Shown in pieces: positions 46,324 through 56,273 of a DNA stretch of 64,000 nt. The DNA is from a virus: positions 1 through 64,000 of the IMG/VR virus record IMGVR_UViG_3300033182_000487. One strand, given 5' to 3'. Numbering within the stretch: the stretch's first letter is position 1; each line of letters starts with the position of its first letter. A model generated the notes under the pieces. The model saw nothing but the letters and a program-made list of their open reading frames with translations. It made no database searches and was not told the origin of the DNA. The position numbers were made by a program, and so were the translations under genes.

Positions 46324-47052
46324 ATGACTGATGGATTCATCGACTTTTCGTTCGGCTCTGGCGACGACGCTCTCAAGAAGAAGTCCTCGCGCTACAAGCC
46401 CGAGACCGGGGTCACCGACCGCGCCTCGTTCGTGTGGTTCAACGACTACGACGGCGAGGGGATGCCCGCCGAGGGTGCCCAGCCGAAGTTCGCTGGCTGC
46501 GAGCGCACGAAGTACGACAGCCGCGTCGGCGTCGTCCTGCTCACCCCGTCCAACCGGGACGAGATCCTGCGGATCCTCCGCACCGACCCCCAGCACCGCG
46601 TGGCCTCCGTCATCTGCGTCTGGCCGACCGACAAGGACGGCGAGTTGGACGTGGCATCGTTCAAGGCTGGCAAGGGCTGGAAGGTCCAGCCGTGGGTCTT
46701 CGACCCCGGCAAGTACAACCAGATCAAGAACGTGAACAAGCGGTTCCCGCTCACGGCTCACGACCTGTCCATGACCTGCACGGACGGCACCTTCCACAAG
46801 ATGACCTTCACCCCCGAGGGTGAGTCGCTGCTGGACAAGTACCTCAACGCCAAGAGCGAGGACTTGCAGGCCGTCGGTCGCAAGATCATCGCCGAGGCCC
46901 GTCGGGTCGCGGACGACATCTACCGCGACCTCGCCCGGTCCATGACCCCCGACGAGGTCCGCGAGGCCATCGGCGAGGAGGTCGCTTCCTCCGGTGGCTC
47001 CGGTTCCCACACCGCCGCCGACGTGGACAACCTCCTCGACGACGTGCTGTAG
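46324..47052 (+). CDS. Putative single-stranded DNA-binding protein (gp32-like)
   Basis: Beta-rich core, acidic tail DVDNLLDDVL, replication context. Confidence 0.55.
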   Translation: MTDGFIDFSFGSGDDALKKKSSRYKPETGVTDRASFVWFNDYDGEGMPAEGAQPKFAGCERTKYDSRVGVVLLTPSNRDEILRILRTDPQHRVASVICVWPTDKDGELDVASFKAGKGWKVQPWVFDPGKYNQIKNVNKRFPLTAHDLSMTCTDGTFHKMTFTPEGESLLDKYLNAKSEDLQAVGRKIIAEARRVADDIYRDLARSMTPDEVREAIGEEVASSGGSGSHTAADVDNLLDDVL

Positions 47053-47053
47053 G

Positions 47054-47746
47054 GTGAGGGTACTTGGTCTCGACCCGTCATTGACGAACTACGGTTGGGC
47101 CGTACACGAAACAAGCGCCCCCGTCGGCACGCCTGAGCGGCTTGCCGCACGGGGGCGTTTTCGCACCCCGTCGAAGATGGAGTTCATCGAGCGGTACAAG
47201 GCGCAGCGGGAGTCCCTGCGTGCCCTGATCCGCGAGTACCGCCCTGACCGGGTGGGCATCGAGTTCCCCGTCTTCGACAACCTGTGGTCCGAAGGCATGT
47301 ACGGTCTGTTCCTCTACTCCTGTGAAGCCCTCCGCGCCGAGTGTGTGGACGTGGTCTTCTGGAGCCCTCTGCAAGCGAAGGCACACGCCCGCGACACCCT
47401 CGACCGTCCGAAGGGATGGAAGATGGACAAGGCGGATATGTGCGAGGCCGCGAAGCAGGACGTGGGTGGCGGGCGCAACTGGAATCACAACGAGGCGGAC
47501 GCCTACCTGGTCGCGGTCCTGTCGGGTCGCTTCTGGGACTTCTACGACGGAAGGCTGGAGGAAGGGGGGTTGACCCCGACCGAGAACCGGTACTTCACAA
47601 AGGTCCACACCTTCGTCCGAGGGAAGCGGGCTGGCAAGACAATCAAGAAGGGAGTGATCTACCGGGAGTCGGATCGCTTCTTCATGTGGTCCCGACTCCG
47701 GGACGAGGAGAATCCCCATGGCACGAGCAACGAAGAAGAAGGGTGA
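47054..47746 (+). CDS. ruvC: RuvC-like Holliday junction resolvase
   Basis: VLGLDPSLTNYGWAV, VGIE, NEADAY. Confidence 0.8.
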   Translation: MRVLGLDPSLTNYGWAVHETSAPVGTPERLAARGRFRTPSKMEFIERYKAQRESLRALIREYRPDRVGIEFPVFDNLWSEGMYGLFLYSCEALRAECVDVVFWSPLQAKAHARDTLDRPKGWKMDKADMCEAAKQDVGGGRNWNHNEADAYLVAVLSGRFWDFYDGRLEEGGLTPTENRYFTKVHTFVRGKRAGKTIKKGVIYRESDRFFMWSRLRDEENPHGTSNEEEG

Positions 47747-48935
47747 GGGCAGCAACGCCCTCGCAAACGCAGCCAGCCCACTGGCAGCGGTCACCGCATA
47801 CCTGACCGAGAAGAAGGGCAAGGAGTTCACGGGCATCGTCGTCGCGATGGACGACAGCACGGTCCAGGAGTCCCTCCCCCACATCAGCACGGGCAGCATC
47901 GTCATCGACTACCTGATCGGCGGCTCGCAGAACTCGTTCGGGGTCTCCCCCTGTCCGGGGTTCCCTCGTGGCCGGGTCACCCAGATCTGGGGTCACGAGT
48001 CCGCTGGTAAGACGACGCTGTGCTTGGAGGCTGTGGCTCAGTGCTGCGCCGAGGGTGGCACCGCCGTCTACATCGACTGGGAGAACGACATCGTCCCCGA
48101 CTACGCGGCGGCGCTGGGTGTGCCCATCACCGACTCCAACAAGTTCATGCTCCTCCAGCCCGACACGCTGGAAGACGGGATCAAGTACGCGATGGCCTAC
48201 GCCACGGCTGGTGTGGACCTGATCATCTTCGACTCCGTTGGTGCCGCCGTGACCCGACGCATCGCCGAGCGTGATGCCCTCGACGTGGCCGAGCAGTCGA
48301 AGGTCGCAGAACTCCAGTCCGTGTGGTCTCAGGAACTCCCCAACATCAAGGGCACCATCGCTCGCAGCGGCACCGCCGTGGTTGGGATCAGCCAGGTCCG
48401 CGCCAACATGAACACGGGCCCCGGCGCGAAGACGAAGCCGCAGGGCGGCAACGCATGGAAGTTCTACGCTGCCGTGCGTCTGGAGTTGCGCCGTGTCCAG
48501 AACGAGAAGGCCCGCGAGTACAACGACCTGACCCACAAGACCGACGAGCGTGTGGTCGGTGGGATCATCAAGGCCAAGACGGTCAAGTGCAAGGTCTCCA
48601 GTTCGCAGGGCCGCGAGGAGATCTTCTACATCCGCTGGGGCGAGGGCATCGACAACGTGCGGACGGTCATCGAGATCGCGAAGTCCCACGGGATCATCAA
48701 GGGCTCCGGCTGGATGACCTGGGCCGACGCTCCCGGCGGACCGCTCAAGTTGCAGGGCTCCGAGAAGATGCGGAAGCACATGCTCGACAACCCCGACACC
48801 TTTGAGGCGTTGAAGGCGAAGGTCATGCCGTTCCTCGGAGCAGGTGGCGCTGACCAGTACCAGGACGAGGAGATCGGTGATCTCGCCATGTCCGCCCTGG
48901 ACGAGCAGATGGCCGCTGCGGGGATCGATCTGTAG
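47718..48935 (+). CDS. recA: RecA recombinase
   Basis: ISTGS, GHESAGKTT, IIFDSV, ISQVR, GGNAWKFYAAVRL. Confidence 0.93.
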   Translation: MARATKKKGEGSNALANAASPLAAVTAYLTEKKGKEFTGIVVAMDDSTVQESLPHISTGSIVIDYLIGGSQNSFGVSPCPGFPRGRVTQIWGHESAGKTTLCLEAVAQCCAEGGTAVYIDWENDIVPDYAAALGVPITDSNKFMLLQPDTLEDGIKYAMAYATAGVDLIIFDSVGAAVTRRIAERDALDVAEQSKVAELQSVWSQELPNIKGTIARSGTAVVGISQVRANMNTGPGAKTKPQGGNAWKFYAAVRLELRRVQNEKAREYNDLTHKTDERVVGGIIKAKTVKCKVSSSQGREEIFYIRWGEGIDNVRTVIEIAKSHGIIKGSGWMTWADAPGGPLKLQGSEKMRKHMLDNPDTFEALKAKVMPFLGAGGADQYQDEEIGDLAMSALDEQMAAAGIDL

Positions 48936-48966
48936 CGGATCGAGTATGACCCCGTAGGAGGCGAAG

Positions 48967-50052
48967 ATGCCCGTTCAAGTACGAGTCAGGGACTTCCAGT
49001 CCATCAAGGACGCGACCGTCACCATCGACGGTCTCACCGTGGTGACTGGAGCCAACAACAGCGGCAAGACCGCGTTCATGCGGGCCATCCGAGGGGTGTT
49101 CACCAACGCCCCTCCCGGCCCTCTCGTGCGCCACGGCTGCGCCCACCTGTCCGTCACCCTCACCTTCGACGACGGGACCACCATCCTGTGGGAGAAGGGG
49201 TGGGAGAAGCCGGGCCGCAAGGGCAAGACAGTCAACCGCTACACCATCAACGGGAAGCAGATCGCCACCGTGGGTCGAGGAGTCCCGCCCGAGGTCGAGG
49301 CGCTGGGGGTCAGGGAGATCCAAGCAGCGTCCGACCGGGTGTGGCCGCAGATTGCCCAGCAGTTCGACGGCACCTTGTTCCTGGTCAACAGGCCGGGGTC
49401 GGCTGTGGCCGAGGCCCTGTCGGACGTGGAGAGGGTCGGTGCGCTCTCCTCGGCGCTGAAAGCCTCCGAGAAGGACCGTCGAGCGGTGAACGCCGAGTTG
49501 AAGGTCCGGCGCAAGGACGTGGAGACGCACAAGGTCGCTGCCGAGAAATACGACGGTCTGGACGTGGTGGGGGATCAGATTCGCCGCCTCTCCGATGACC
49601 TCAAGAGCATCCAGCAGAAGGAGCAGGACATCCAGGACACCACCCGGTGCCGGGATCAGCGGGCTGCGGCAGCACAGGCCGTCAACGACCTGGCGGACTT
49701 CGACGTGGTGATCCCGACCACGAAGGCAACGAAGATCAAGCAGGGCATCGTGAAGGTGCAGGGCTACGCCGACCGCCTCCGCGAGGCACGGGACGAGCAC
49801 CAGATCTGGGGCTCTGTGTCCGTCACCCTCCCGTCCGCCGATGGGGTCAACGCCACCCGTGCGGGGATCGACGTCGTGAACACGCTCTGGGAACGGTTCA
49901 ACGCAGCCCACGATGCAGTCGATGCGGCAGATGCCGACGCCAAGCGTGTGGCAGCGGAACTGGTCGAGGCCGAAGCCGAGGTCCAACGGCTCCTGGGCGA
50001 GCGTGGGGTCTGCCCGACCTGCAACACCATCCATGAAGGAGCACACCCATGA
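48967..50052 (+). CDS. sbcC: SbcC/Rad50-like ATPase, N-terminal half, ending at the Zn hook
   Basis: DFQSI, Walker A GANNSGKT, Q-loop AQQFD, coiled coil, terminal CPTC. Confidence 0.8.
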   Translation: MPVQVRVRDFQSIKDATVTIDGLTVVTGANNSGKTAFMRAIRGVFTNAPPGPLVRHGCAHLSVTLTFDDGTTILWEKGWEKPGRKGKTVNRYTINGKQIATVGRGVPPEVEALGVREIQAASDRVWPQIAQQFDGTLFLVNRPGSAVAEALSDVERVGALSSALKASEKDRRAVNAELKVRRKDVETHKVAAEKYDGLDVVGDQIRRLSDDLKSIQQKEQDIQDTTRCRDQRAAAAQAVNDLADFDVVIPTTKATKIKQGIVKVQGYADRLREARDEHQIWGSVSVTLPSADGVNATRAGIDVVNTLWERFNAAHDAVDAADADAKRVAAELVEAEAEVQRLLGERGVCPTCNTIHEGAHP

Positions 50053-50486
50053 GTCAGAACAGCCTGTTTGCCTACCGTGAGTCCGAGCGGACCACGGGGG
50101 AGAAGCGTCGGATTGCCGTGTACCACTACATGCTCGTCCAAGGAGACGAGGGAGCCACCGACGACGAGATGATCCACACGCTGGGGATCAAGCACGCCAG
50201 CATGGCGGGCACCCGTCTCCAGTTGATGCGTCTGGGCGCGGTGGTCAAGACCACGAAGCGTCGGAAGACGGCAGCGGGCAACCCTGCCGATGTCTACGTC
50301 GCCATCCCCGGCATCAACGTCCGCAAGGCCCCTCCGAAGACCGAGCGGGATCACATGCTCACCGCAGCCCGGAAGAAGATCAAGGAGATGTCCGACGACG
50401 AGTTGCGGGCGTTCCTGGCCGAGGGGTCCGACGAACACGAGGCCCCCGACGACCTGCTCGATTTCTACGCGGAGTTCCGGGATTAG
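50049..50486 (+). CDS. Winged-helix DNA-binding protein
   Basis: VYHY...GATDDEM...L...GAVV...RKTAAG. Confidence 0.65.
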   Translation: MSQNSLFAYRESERTTGEKRRIAVYHYMLVQGDEGATDDEMIHTLGIKHASMAGTRLQLMRLGAVVKTTKRRKTAAGNPADVYVAIPGINVRKAPPKTERDHMLTAARKKIKEMSDDELRAFLAEGSDEHEAPDDLLDFYAEFRD

Positions 50487-50488
50487 AG

Positions 50489-50516
50489 GGGGGTCGAGAT
50501 CTCCTCCGGGTCGGTA
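50489..50516 (+). promoter_or_regulatory. Class M promoter motif (variant)
   Basis: GGGGGT-N17-CGGTA. Confidence 0.55.
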
Positions 50517-50547
50517 AATACAGAGGCACCTCTCAGCAGGAGACCAG

Positions 50548-50955
50548 ATGCCTTCCAACCGAGTCCGCCTCTACCACTACTTCCTCAAGCGGGGGAAGTC
50601 CGGGTCCACCGACGAGGAGGCTGAGGACGCTCTCGGTCTCCCCCACCAGACGGTGAGTGCTGTGCGCGGGGAACTGGTCAAGGCGGGGGCCGTGGTGGAC
50701 ACGGACCTGTGCCGATGGACCCGCAGCGGGAAGAAGGCGACCGTCCGGGTCGGAGTCCCCGACGTGGACGTGTCCCGCCGACTGCCCACCACCGCAGCCG
50801 AGGAGAAGCAGCGGTGGATCCGTGCCCAGATCCGCAACGTGAACGAGTCTGTCCTGGATGACATCATTCACACGCTCCAGGAAGCCCTGACCCCACCCAA
50901 CCACACCGAGCAGTTGACCATCCTGGACCTGTTCGGAGAGGAGACGTCCCCATGA
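50548..50955 (+). CDS. Winged-helix DNA-binding protein, paralog of 50049
   Basis: LYHY...GSTDEEA...HQTVSAVRGELVKAGAVV...RWTRSG. Confidence 0.7.
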   Translation: MPSNRVRLYHYFLKRGKSGSTDEEAEDALGLPHQTVSAVRGELVKAGAVVDTDLCRWTRSGKKATVRVGVPDVDVSRRLPTTAAEEKQRWIRAQIRNVNESVLDDIIHTLQEALTPPNHTEQLTILDLFGEETSP

Positions 50956-51197
50956 ACCAGCCCCTCCGAGTCGTCTGCAACAACCCCAACCTCTCCAGCC
51001 ACGGCCTGTTCGGCACCGTTGTCGGCTCCGAGCGTGGCGAGGACAACCCCGTCCGCCCCGGCGTCCTGTGCGATGTCATCTGGCTCGACTACCCCGACGA
51101 GGGGAGCGACGAGATCGACGGCAGCAACCTCAAGGTGGTCAGCGAGACCGCCTACCAGATCGAGGTCGTGGAACGCCGCCTTGACGGTGACTCGTGA
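50952..51197 (+). CDS. Hypothetical protein
   Basis: Coupled ORF. Confidence 0.6.
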   Translation: MNQPLRVVCNNPNLSSHGLFGTVVGSERGEDNPVRPGVLCDVIWLDYPDEGSDEIDGSNLKVVSETAYQIEVVERRLDGDS

Positions 51198-52162
51198 GCA
51201 TCAACCTCGTCTGGCGCACCGACGTTCACTTGTCCGACCGCGCACCGTCCAGCCGTACCGACGACTGGGCCGACGCCGTGTTCGACAAGTTGGGGCAGGT
51301 CCGTGATCTCGCCCGTGAGGTCAACGCCGCTGCCATCATCGACGGCGGTGACTTCTTCCACATCAAGTCCCCCGGTCGGAACAGCCATGCGCTCGTCAAC
51401 CGGACGGCAGAGCACCACAGCACCTATCCGTGCCCGGTCTACTGCACTCCGGGGAACCACGACGCGGTGTACGGCGACTACTCCTTCCTGCCTCAGCAGC
51501 CGTTGGGCGTCCTGTTCAGCACGGGTGTCTTCAAGCGTTTGTACGACGAGCATGAGGCTGTGTTTGAGGAGTTCCACGGGGTCAAGGTCCGCGTGGTCGG
51601 CATCCCGTACCACGGCACGTCCTACGACATGGAGCGGTTCACCAGCATCGAGAAAGGTGACGAGGACGTCCTGATCTGCGTGGCCCATGTGCTCGCCTCC
51701 CACAAGGGCGGCACCATGTTTGAGGGCGAAGACATCATCAAGTACGCCGACCTCGTGGACACCGCCCCCGACGTGTACCTGTTCGGTCACTGGCACAAGA
51801 ATCAGGGGGTCGAGGAGATCGGCGGCAAGCAGTTCGTGAACATCGGCTCCCTGACCCGTGGGTCACTCTCGCAGGACAACATGGACCGGGTGCCCGCTGC
51901 GGCTGTGCTCCGATGCACCGAGCAGGGGGTCGAGATCGAGGTTGTACCGCTCAACGTGCGCCCCGCCGAGGAGGTCTTCGACGTGGAAGGCCGCGCTCGA
52001 CAGGTCAAGCGGCAGGTGGAGATGGACTCGTTCGTCGAGGCTATCCGTGAAGCCCTCCAGCCCGCCGAAGGCGAGCAGACGCTGGCCGAAGCCGTGACGG
52101 GTATGGGTGATGTGCCCCACGAGGTTCGGGAGCGGGCACTGGCGTATCTGGAGAACACATGA
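51194..52162 (+). CDS. sbcD: SbcD/Mre11-like metallophosphoesterase nuclease
   Basis: TDVH, GGDFFH, PGNHD, FGHWH, NIGSL. Confidence 0.88.
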   Translation: MSINLVWRTDVHLSDRAPSSRTDDWADAVFDKLGQVRDLAREVNAAAIIDGGDFFHIKSPGRNSHALVNRTAEHHSTYPCPVYCTPGNHDAVYGDYSFLPQQPLGVLFSTGVFKRLYDEHEAVFEEFHGVKVRVVGIPYHGTSYDMERFTSIEKGDEDVLICVAHVLASHKGGTMFEGEDIIKYADLVDTAPDVYLFGHWHKNQGVEEIGGKQFVNIGSLTRGSLSQDNMDRVPAAAVLRCTEQGVEIEVVPLNVRPAEEVFDVEGRARQVKRQVEMDSFVEAIREALQPAEGEQTLAEAVTGMGDVPHEVRERALAYLENT

Positions 52163-52266
52163 CCCCATTGATCCTGACCCCCGGCTTTGGGGACGACGCA
52201 CCCACGGCTGTCCTCTAGTTCGGAGGGTAGGGTGGCCCACGCTTCACCTTCCGTCTGGGAGCCGAC

Positions 52267-53187
52267 ATGAATCCTCAATCCACCCTCTACTGGTCCACCT
52301 TGAAGATGTACGAGGACTGCCCCCAGCAGTTCGTCTGGTCGAAGGGGTGGGAGGGGTATGACTGTGGGCACGGGCCGGGCAACCGCAAGCCGAAGCCTGA
52401 GCAGCGGTCCCGACACCATGCGGTGTTCGGCATCGTGATCCAGCACGCCATCGAGGCCATGTACAACGAGGAGTTGTACCGGGAGCCGAAGACCCTGACC
52501 GCCCGGATGCTGGAGATCGGCAAGGTCGAGTTCGACCGCCAGATCGACAAGCCGAAGAACAACATCTCGTACTCCGAGGCTCGCATGACCCGCGCAGAAA
52601 TGTGGGATCTGTGCGCCAGCGGGATCACGGGCTTCGTCCAGACCATGAAGGCTCACCGCTTCCTCGGCACCTACGCGAAGGCCGAGGTGGACCTGGTGGG
52701 GTGGATCGACAAGAAGAACCCCATCGGAGGCCGGGCCGACACCATCATCAAGCGCGGCGACACGGGGATCACGATCCTGGACGGCAAGAACACGAAGTAC
52801 AAGATGAAGTACACCGACCCGGACCAGTTGCGGTGGTACGCCCTGCTCTACAAGTTGGCCTACAAGGAACTCCCCGACCGTCTGGCCTACGTCTGGTACA
52901 GGTTCCCCTACGACCAGGACAACGACGAGGACGGGGTCGAGTGGGTCGAGTTCGACGAAGCAGACCTCCAGGGCCTCGCCCAGCGTGCGCTCGATGCGAA
53001 GGTCGCCATGCGCGCCGAGAAGTTTGATCCCACCCCCTCCCCGAAGACCTGTGACTTCTGCGACTTCGTGACCGTCTGCGATGCACGCCGGGAGCAGAAG
53101 GCCGCCAACTCCGCAAAGCGGAACAAGAAGTCCCGCATCCAGGAGATCACCGACTCCGAGACGGGGTTCGCGGACCTGACCCTGTAG
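52267..53187 (+). CDS. PD-(D/E)xK RecB/Cas4-like exonuclease
   Basis: YEDCP, GIVIQH, GRAD, ILDGK, QLRWY, CDFCDFVTVC. Confidence 0.85.
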   Translation: MNPQSTLYWSTLKMYEDCPQQFVWSKGWEGYDCGHGPGNRKPKPEQRSRHHAVFGIVIQHAIEAMYNEELYREPKTLTARMLEIGKVEFDRQIDKPKNNISYSEARMTRAEMWDLCASGITGFVQTMKAHRFLGTYAKAEVDLVGWIDKKNPIGGRADTIIKRGDTGITILDGKNTKYKMKYTDPDQLRWYALLYKLAYKELPDRLAYVWYRFPYDQDNDEDGVEWVEFDEADLQGLAQRALDAKVAMRAEKFDPTPSPKTCDFCDFVTVCDARREQKAANSAKRNKKSRIQEITDSETGFADLTL

Positions 53188-53215
53188 GGGGGTCGCGGAG
53201 GCCACTGGTTGGGTA
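53188..53215 (+). promoter_or_regulatory. Class M promoter motif
   Basis: GGGGGT-N17-GGGTA. Confidence 0.65.
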
Positions 53216-53233
53216 TGCCTCACACACAGGGAG

Positions 53234-53509
53234 ATGCACATGTCCGATCTTGATTCACGCCTCGATGCCGCCCTCGCCTTGCGGGACTCGTTGAGCAGAG
53301 ATGCCCAACGGATCCAAGGCCGCAAGGAGGCCGCAGAGAAGGCTCTGCGCGACGTGGAGGAGGAGATCCGGTCGAAGAACCTGGACCCGGACAACCTCGA
53401 CGCGACCCTGGACACCCTCACTACCGCCTACGAGAAGGAGGTCACCTCGTTTGAGGCCGCCCTCGCGTCGGCCCAAACCGCACTGTCCCCCTATCTGGAG
53501 AACGCATGA
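53234..53509 (+). CDS. Small coiled-coil protein
   Basis: Heptad pattern throughout. Confidence 0.7.
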   Translation: MHMSDLDSRLDAALALRDSLSRDAQRIQGRKEAAEKALRDVEEEIRSKNLDPDNLDATLDTLTTAYEKEVTSFEAALASAQTALSPYLENA

Positions 53510-54657
53510 ACATCGAAGTCGCAAAGTCGGACCTTGAGGTCGCCCTCAAGGTCGCATCCACCACCGTCGGGTCTGGTTCCGACCTGTCCTCCCACTACCT
53601 GTTCCGCTACCGCGACGGGCAGGCCGAGGTCTTGTCCTACGATATGCGCGTCTTTAGCCGTGCTCCCTTCACCGCGACCGTGGAGGGCGACGACGACGCA
53701 GCGTTCACCGTCGAGGCGTGGCGTCTCGACAAGTGGATCTCCTCCGTCGGTGACGGGGTGCTCACGCTGACCTGCGATGACCAGGGCCAGGTGACCGCGA
53801 AGGGTCCGCGTTCCAAGGTCAAGTTGCGTTCGCTCGACGCCAGCCGCTTCCCGTACTGGGATGGCCTGATGGCAGAGGCCGAGGACGTGGGTGACGTGGC
53901 TCCTGCAACGCTCCACCGTGCTCTCAGCCTGAGCAAGCACTTCGTGTCCTCCGATGACACCAGCCGCCCCGAGATCTGTCAGGCCGAGGCCACCGACGGT
54001 GTGTTGAAGGCGACCAACCGTCGTGCTGTGTCGAGCGTCACGGTCCGTGATCTCCCCGGTCTGGACCTCCGGGTTCCGGGCAAGGATCTGTCCGTGATCC
54101 TCAAGTTCCTGTCCGACAAGACTACCCAGGAGGACGACGTGTCCGTCAAGCGGGCCAGCCGCCCCGACGGCTCCGGCGGCGGTGCCGCTGCGATCTTCCT
54201 CCGTCCCGACGGCTCCTACGTTGGGGTCAGCCGCCCCACGACGGCGATGCCGAAACTCCCCATCGAGGTGGAGGAGTCCGACGTGACCCTCTCCATCAAC
54301 ATCGAGGAGTTCAACGGCGCTGTCGATGTACTCCTCTCGTCTGCTCCGAAGGGGCACGAGGCTGTGTCCTTCTCGACGGGTGAGGAAGGTACCCTCTACC
54401 TGGCGATGCCCTCCGAGGCTGGAGGCATCGACGAGTACCCCATGATCCAGTCCTCGGCGACGGGCTTTGGGGACACCACCTTCACCATGGACTACTCCTA
54501 CGTCGGAGCCATCGCGGACATGTTCGACCTCGACACCCTGACCTTCGGGGTTCACCAGCGGGGCCGAGGTGGGTATGTCTCTTTTGCCTACGAGGACGAG
54601 GGAGCCACCGAGGACTCGGGCAACCACTACTACACGGTGATCGTTTGGCGTTCGTGA
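53506..54657 (+). CDS. dnaN: DNA polymerase III beta sliding-clamp-like protein
   Basis: 383 aa; MNIEVAKSDL start, LDASRFP, DTSRPEI, ATNRR, MDYSYV, terminal YYTVIV. Confidence 0.7.
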   Translation: MNIEVAKSDLEVALKVASTTVGSGSDLSSHYLFRYRDGQAEVLSYDMRVFSRAPFTATVEGDDDAAFTVEAWRLDKWISSVGDGVLTLTCDDQGQVTAKGPRSKVKLRSLDASRFPYWDGLMAEAEDVGDVAPATLHRALSLSKHFVSSDDTSRPEICQAEATDGVLKATNRRAVSSVTVRDLPGLDLRVPGKDLSVILKFLSDKTTQEDDVSVKRASRPDGSGGGAAAIFLRPDGSYVGVSRPTTAMPKLPIEVEESDVTLSINIEEFNGAVDVLLSSAPKGHEAVSFSTGEEGTLYLAMPSEAGGIDEYPMIQSSATGFGDTTFTMDYSYVGAIADMFDLDTLTFGVHQRGRGGYVSFAYEDEGATEDSGNHYYTVIVWRS

Positions 54658-55283
54658 ATGACCATGACGGACTCTGCCAGTCTCTGGCACGGGTGGAAGC
54701 ACTGAGGGATGCCTCTCTCGGTGCGCTCGCCAGTGCCGAGCAGCAGGTGGCGGCTCTGGAGGCTGAGGAAGAAGTCCTCGCCCGTGTGGCCGACCTGTTC
54801 CGCGTCTTGATTGACCGGGAGGTGGTGGACAACGCAAAGACCGTGGAAAGCCTCCTCACCGAGGGCCTGCAAGCGATCTTCGACGACCTGGACCTGTCGG
54901 TGCGAACCGAGATCGAGGTCCAGCGAGGCAAGGTCGCTGTGGACCTCGTGACGGTCCAGAAGGAACCCGACGGCACGACCACGGAAGGGTCCAGCACCGA
55001 CGCCTACGGCGGATCGGTCGCCACGGTCCAGTCCGTGCTGCTTCGCATCGTCGTCCTCAACCGACGGGGACTGCGCCCGCTCCTCCTGTTGGACGAGTCC
55101 CTCGGCGCGGTGGCCGAGCACTACGTCCCTCGCGTGGGCCAGTTCCTGTCCATCCTGTCCGAGCGGATGGGCCTTGATGTCCTCGCCGTGAGCCACAACC
55201 CGGCTCTGGTCGAGGCCGCGAACACGGCCTACCGCATCCAGAAGAAGGACGGCGAGGCGGCGTTCCGCAAGATCGGGCGGTGA
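54654..55283 (+). CDS. SbcC/Rad50-like ATPase, C-terminal half
   Basis: Coiled coil, signature-like YGGS, Walker B LLLDES, H-loop VSHN. Confidence 0.8.
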   Translation: MNDHDGLCQSLARVEALRDASLGALASAEQQVAALEAEEEVLARVADLFRVLIDREVVDNAKTVESLLTEGLQAIFDDLDLSVRTEIEVQRGKVAVDLVTVQKEPDGTTTEGSSTDAYGGSVATVQSVLLRIVVLNRRGLRPLLLLDESLGAVAEHYVPRVGQFLSILSERMGLDVLAVSHNPALVEAANTAYRIQKKDGEAAFRKIGR

Positions 55284-55287
55284 CCTC

Positions 55288-55704
55288 ATGCGAACCCGAA
55301 GCGAGATCCAGCAGAAACTCAAGCAGGCCAAGTACCGGCATGTGAAGCGGATCTTGCGTGATCGGTTCCCCCGCGATCAGGACTGGCCGAAGCACGAGGT
55401 CGAGCAGATCAAGGACGAGTACCGGACCTTCTTCCAGGAGGCTCCGCTCCACGAGATCGCCCGCGAGTTCCCTGATGTCGCTGCCCTGATGTGGGTGCTG
55501 CAAGACCAGCCCGACCAGGCGCTGGCCGTCAACGGCACGATGGTGGGGGCCATGGGTGGGGTCATGCTGTGGGCAGACTCCCACGACGAGGCCGAGTACG
55601 CCCGTGACCTCATTGAGAAGGTCATGGCTCAGGCGCTCCAGCCGCCGACCGTGCGAGACCCCGACCCGGTGAAGAAATCTTGGTGGCAGAGGATCTTCGG
55701 ATGA
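55288..55704 (+). CDS. Hypothetical protein
   Basis: Operon context; amphipathic tail SWWQRIFG. Confidence 0.7.
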   Translation: MRTRSEIQQKLKQAKYRHVKRILRDRFPRDQDWPKHEVEQIKDEYRTFFQEAPLHEIAREFPDVAALMWVLQDQPDQALAVNGTMVGAMGGVMLWADSHDEAEYARDLIEKVMAQALQPPTVRDPDPVKKSWWQRIFG

Positions 55705-56222
55705 ACCCGCACCTGCTCGCCTCGGTTCAACACCCGTTCCAGAAGCGCCCCCTGATGCTCGATGGGGTTCCCGTACCCCGCGAGGCCGGGCCGTTCCTGA
55801 TCACCGCGACCCGCGAGTTGATGTGGGTGGAGCGAGCCTTCGGCAGCGGCTTCCTGCGACTGGCGGTGCGGAAGCAGACCACCGACCAGTTGTACAGCGA
55901 CCTGGTCGCCGAGATCGCCGAGGAAGGCGTCCGCCGTGACTGGGGGAACGTCCAACCGCCGACCATGGCAGGTGTGCTGGAGGGGATGAACTACCTCCAC
56001 TACTACGACCTCCCTGACCCCACGCTGCTGTACGGGTCTGAGTTCGACATCGGGGCCGCGCCTGACATGAACCGCGCCCCCGCTGACTGGCTTCCTCCCT
56101 CGTGGGCGGTGCTGGTCCCAGACCGAGCGTATGTGGGCACCGTCTACCTGTTTGGTGGCGGCTACCTCGGCGCGGTGGTTCACAACCCATCCCGAGGCGT
56201 GGTCGTCCTCCGAGGGGCATGA
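55701..56222 (+). CDS. Hypothetical protein
   Basis: ATGA-coupled ORF. Confidence 0.7.
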   Translation: MNPHLLASVQHPFQKRPLMLDGVPVPREAGPFLITATRELMWVERAFGSGFLRLAVRKQTTDQLYSDLVAEIAEEGVRRDWGNVQPPTMAGVLEGMNYLHYYDLPDPTLLYGSEFDIGAAPDMNRAPADWLPPSWAVLVPDRAYVGTVYLFGGGYLGAVVHNPSRGVVVLRGA

Positions 56223-56224
56223 CT

Positions 56225-56238
56225 CGGTAGGTTTCTAT
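56225..56238 (+). promoter_or_regulatory. Class L promoter motif (N5 variant)
   Basis: CGGTAggtttCTAT. Confidence 0.55.
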
Positions 56239-56273
56239 GCGTAGGGTGTCGTATGACTCACGCGAGGATCCCC

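Noticed and set aside
52267-53187. Cas4 of a CRISPR system
   Set aside because: No cas1, cas2 or array; the gene lies in a recombination operon.
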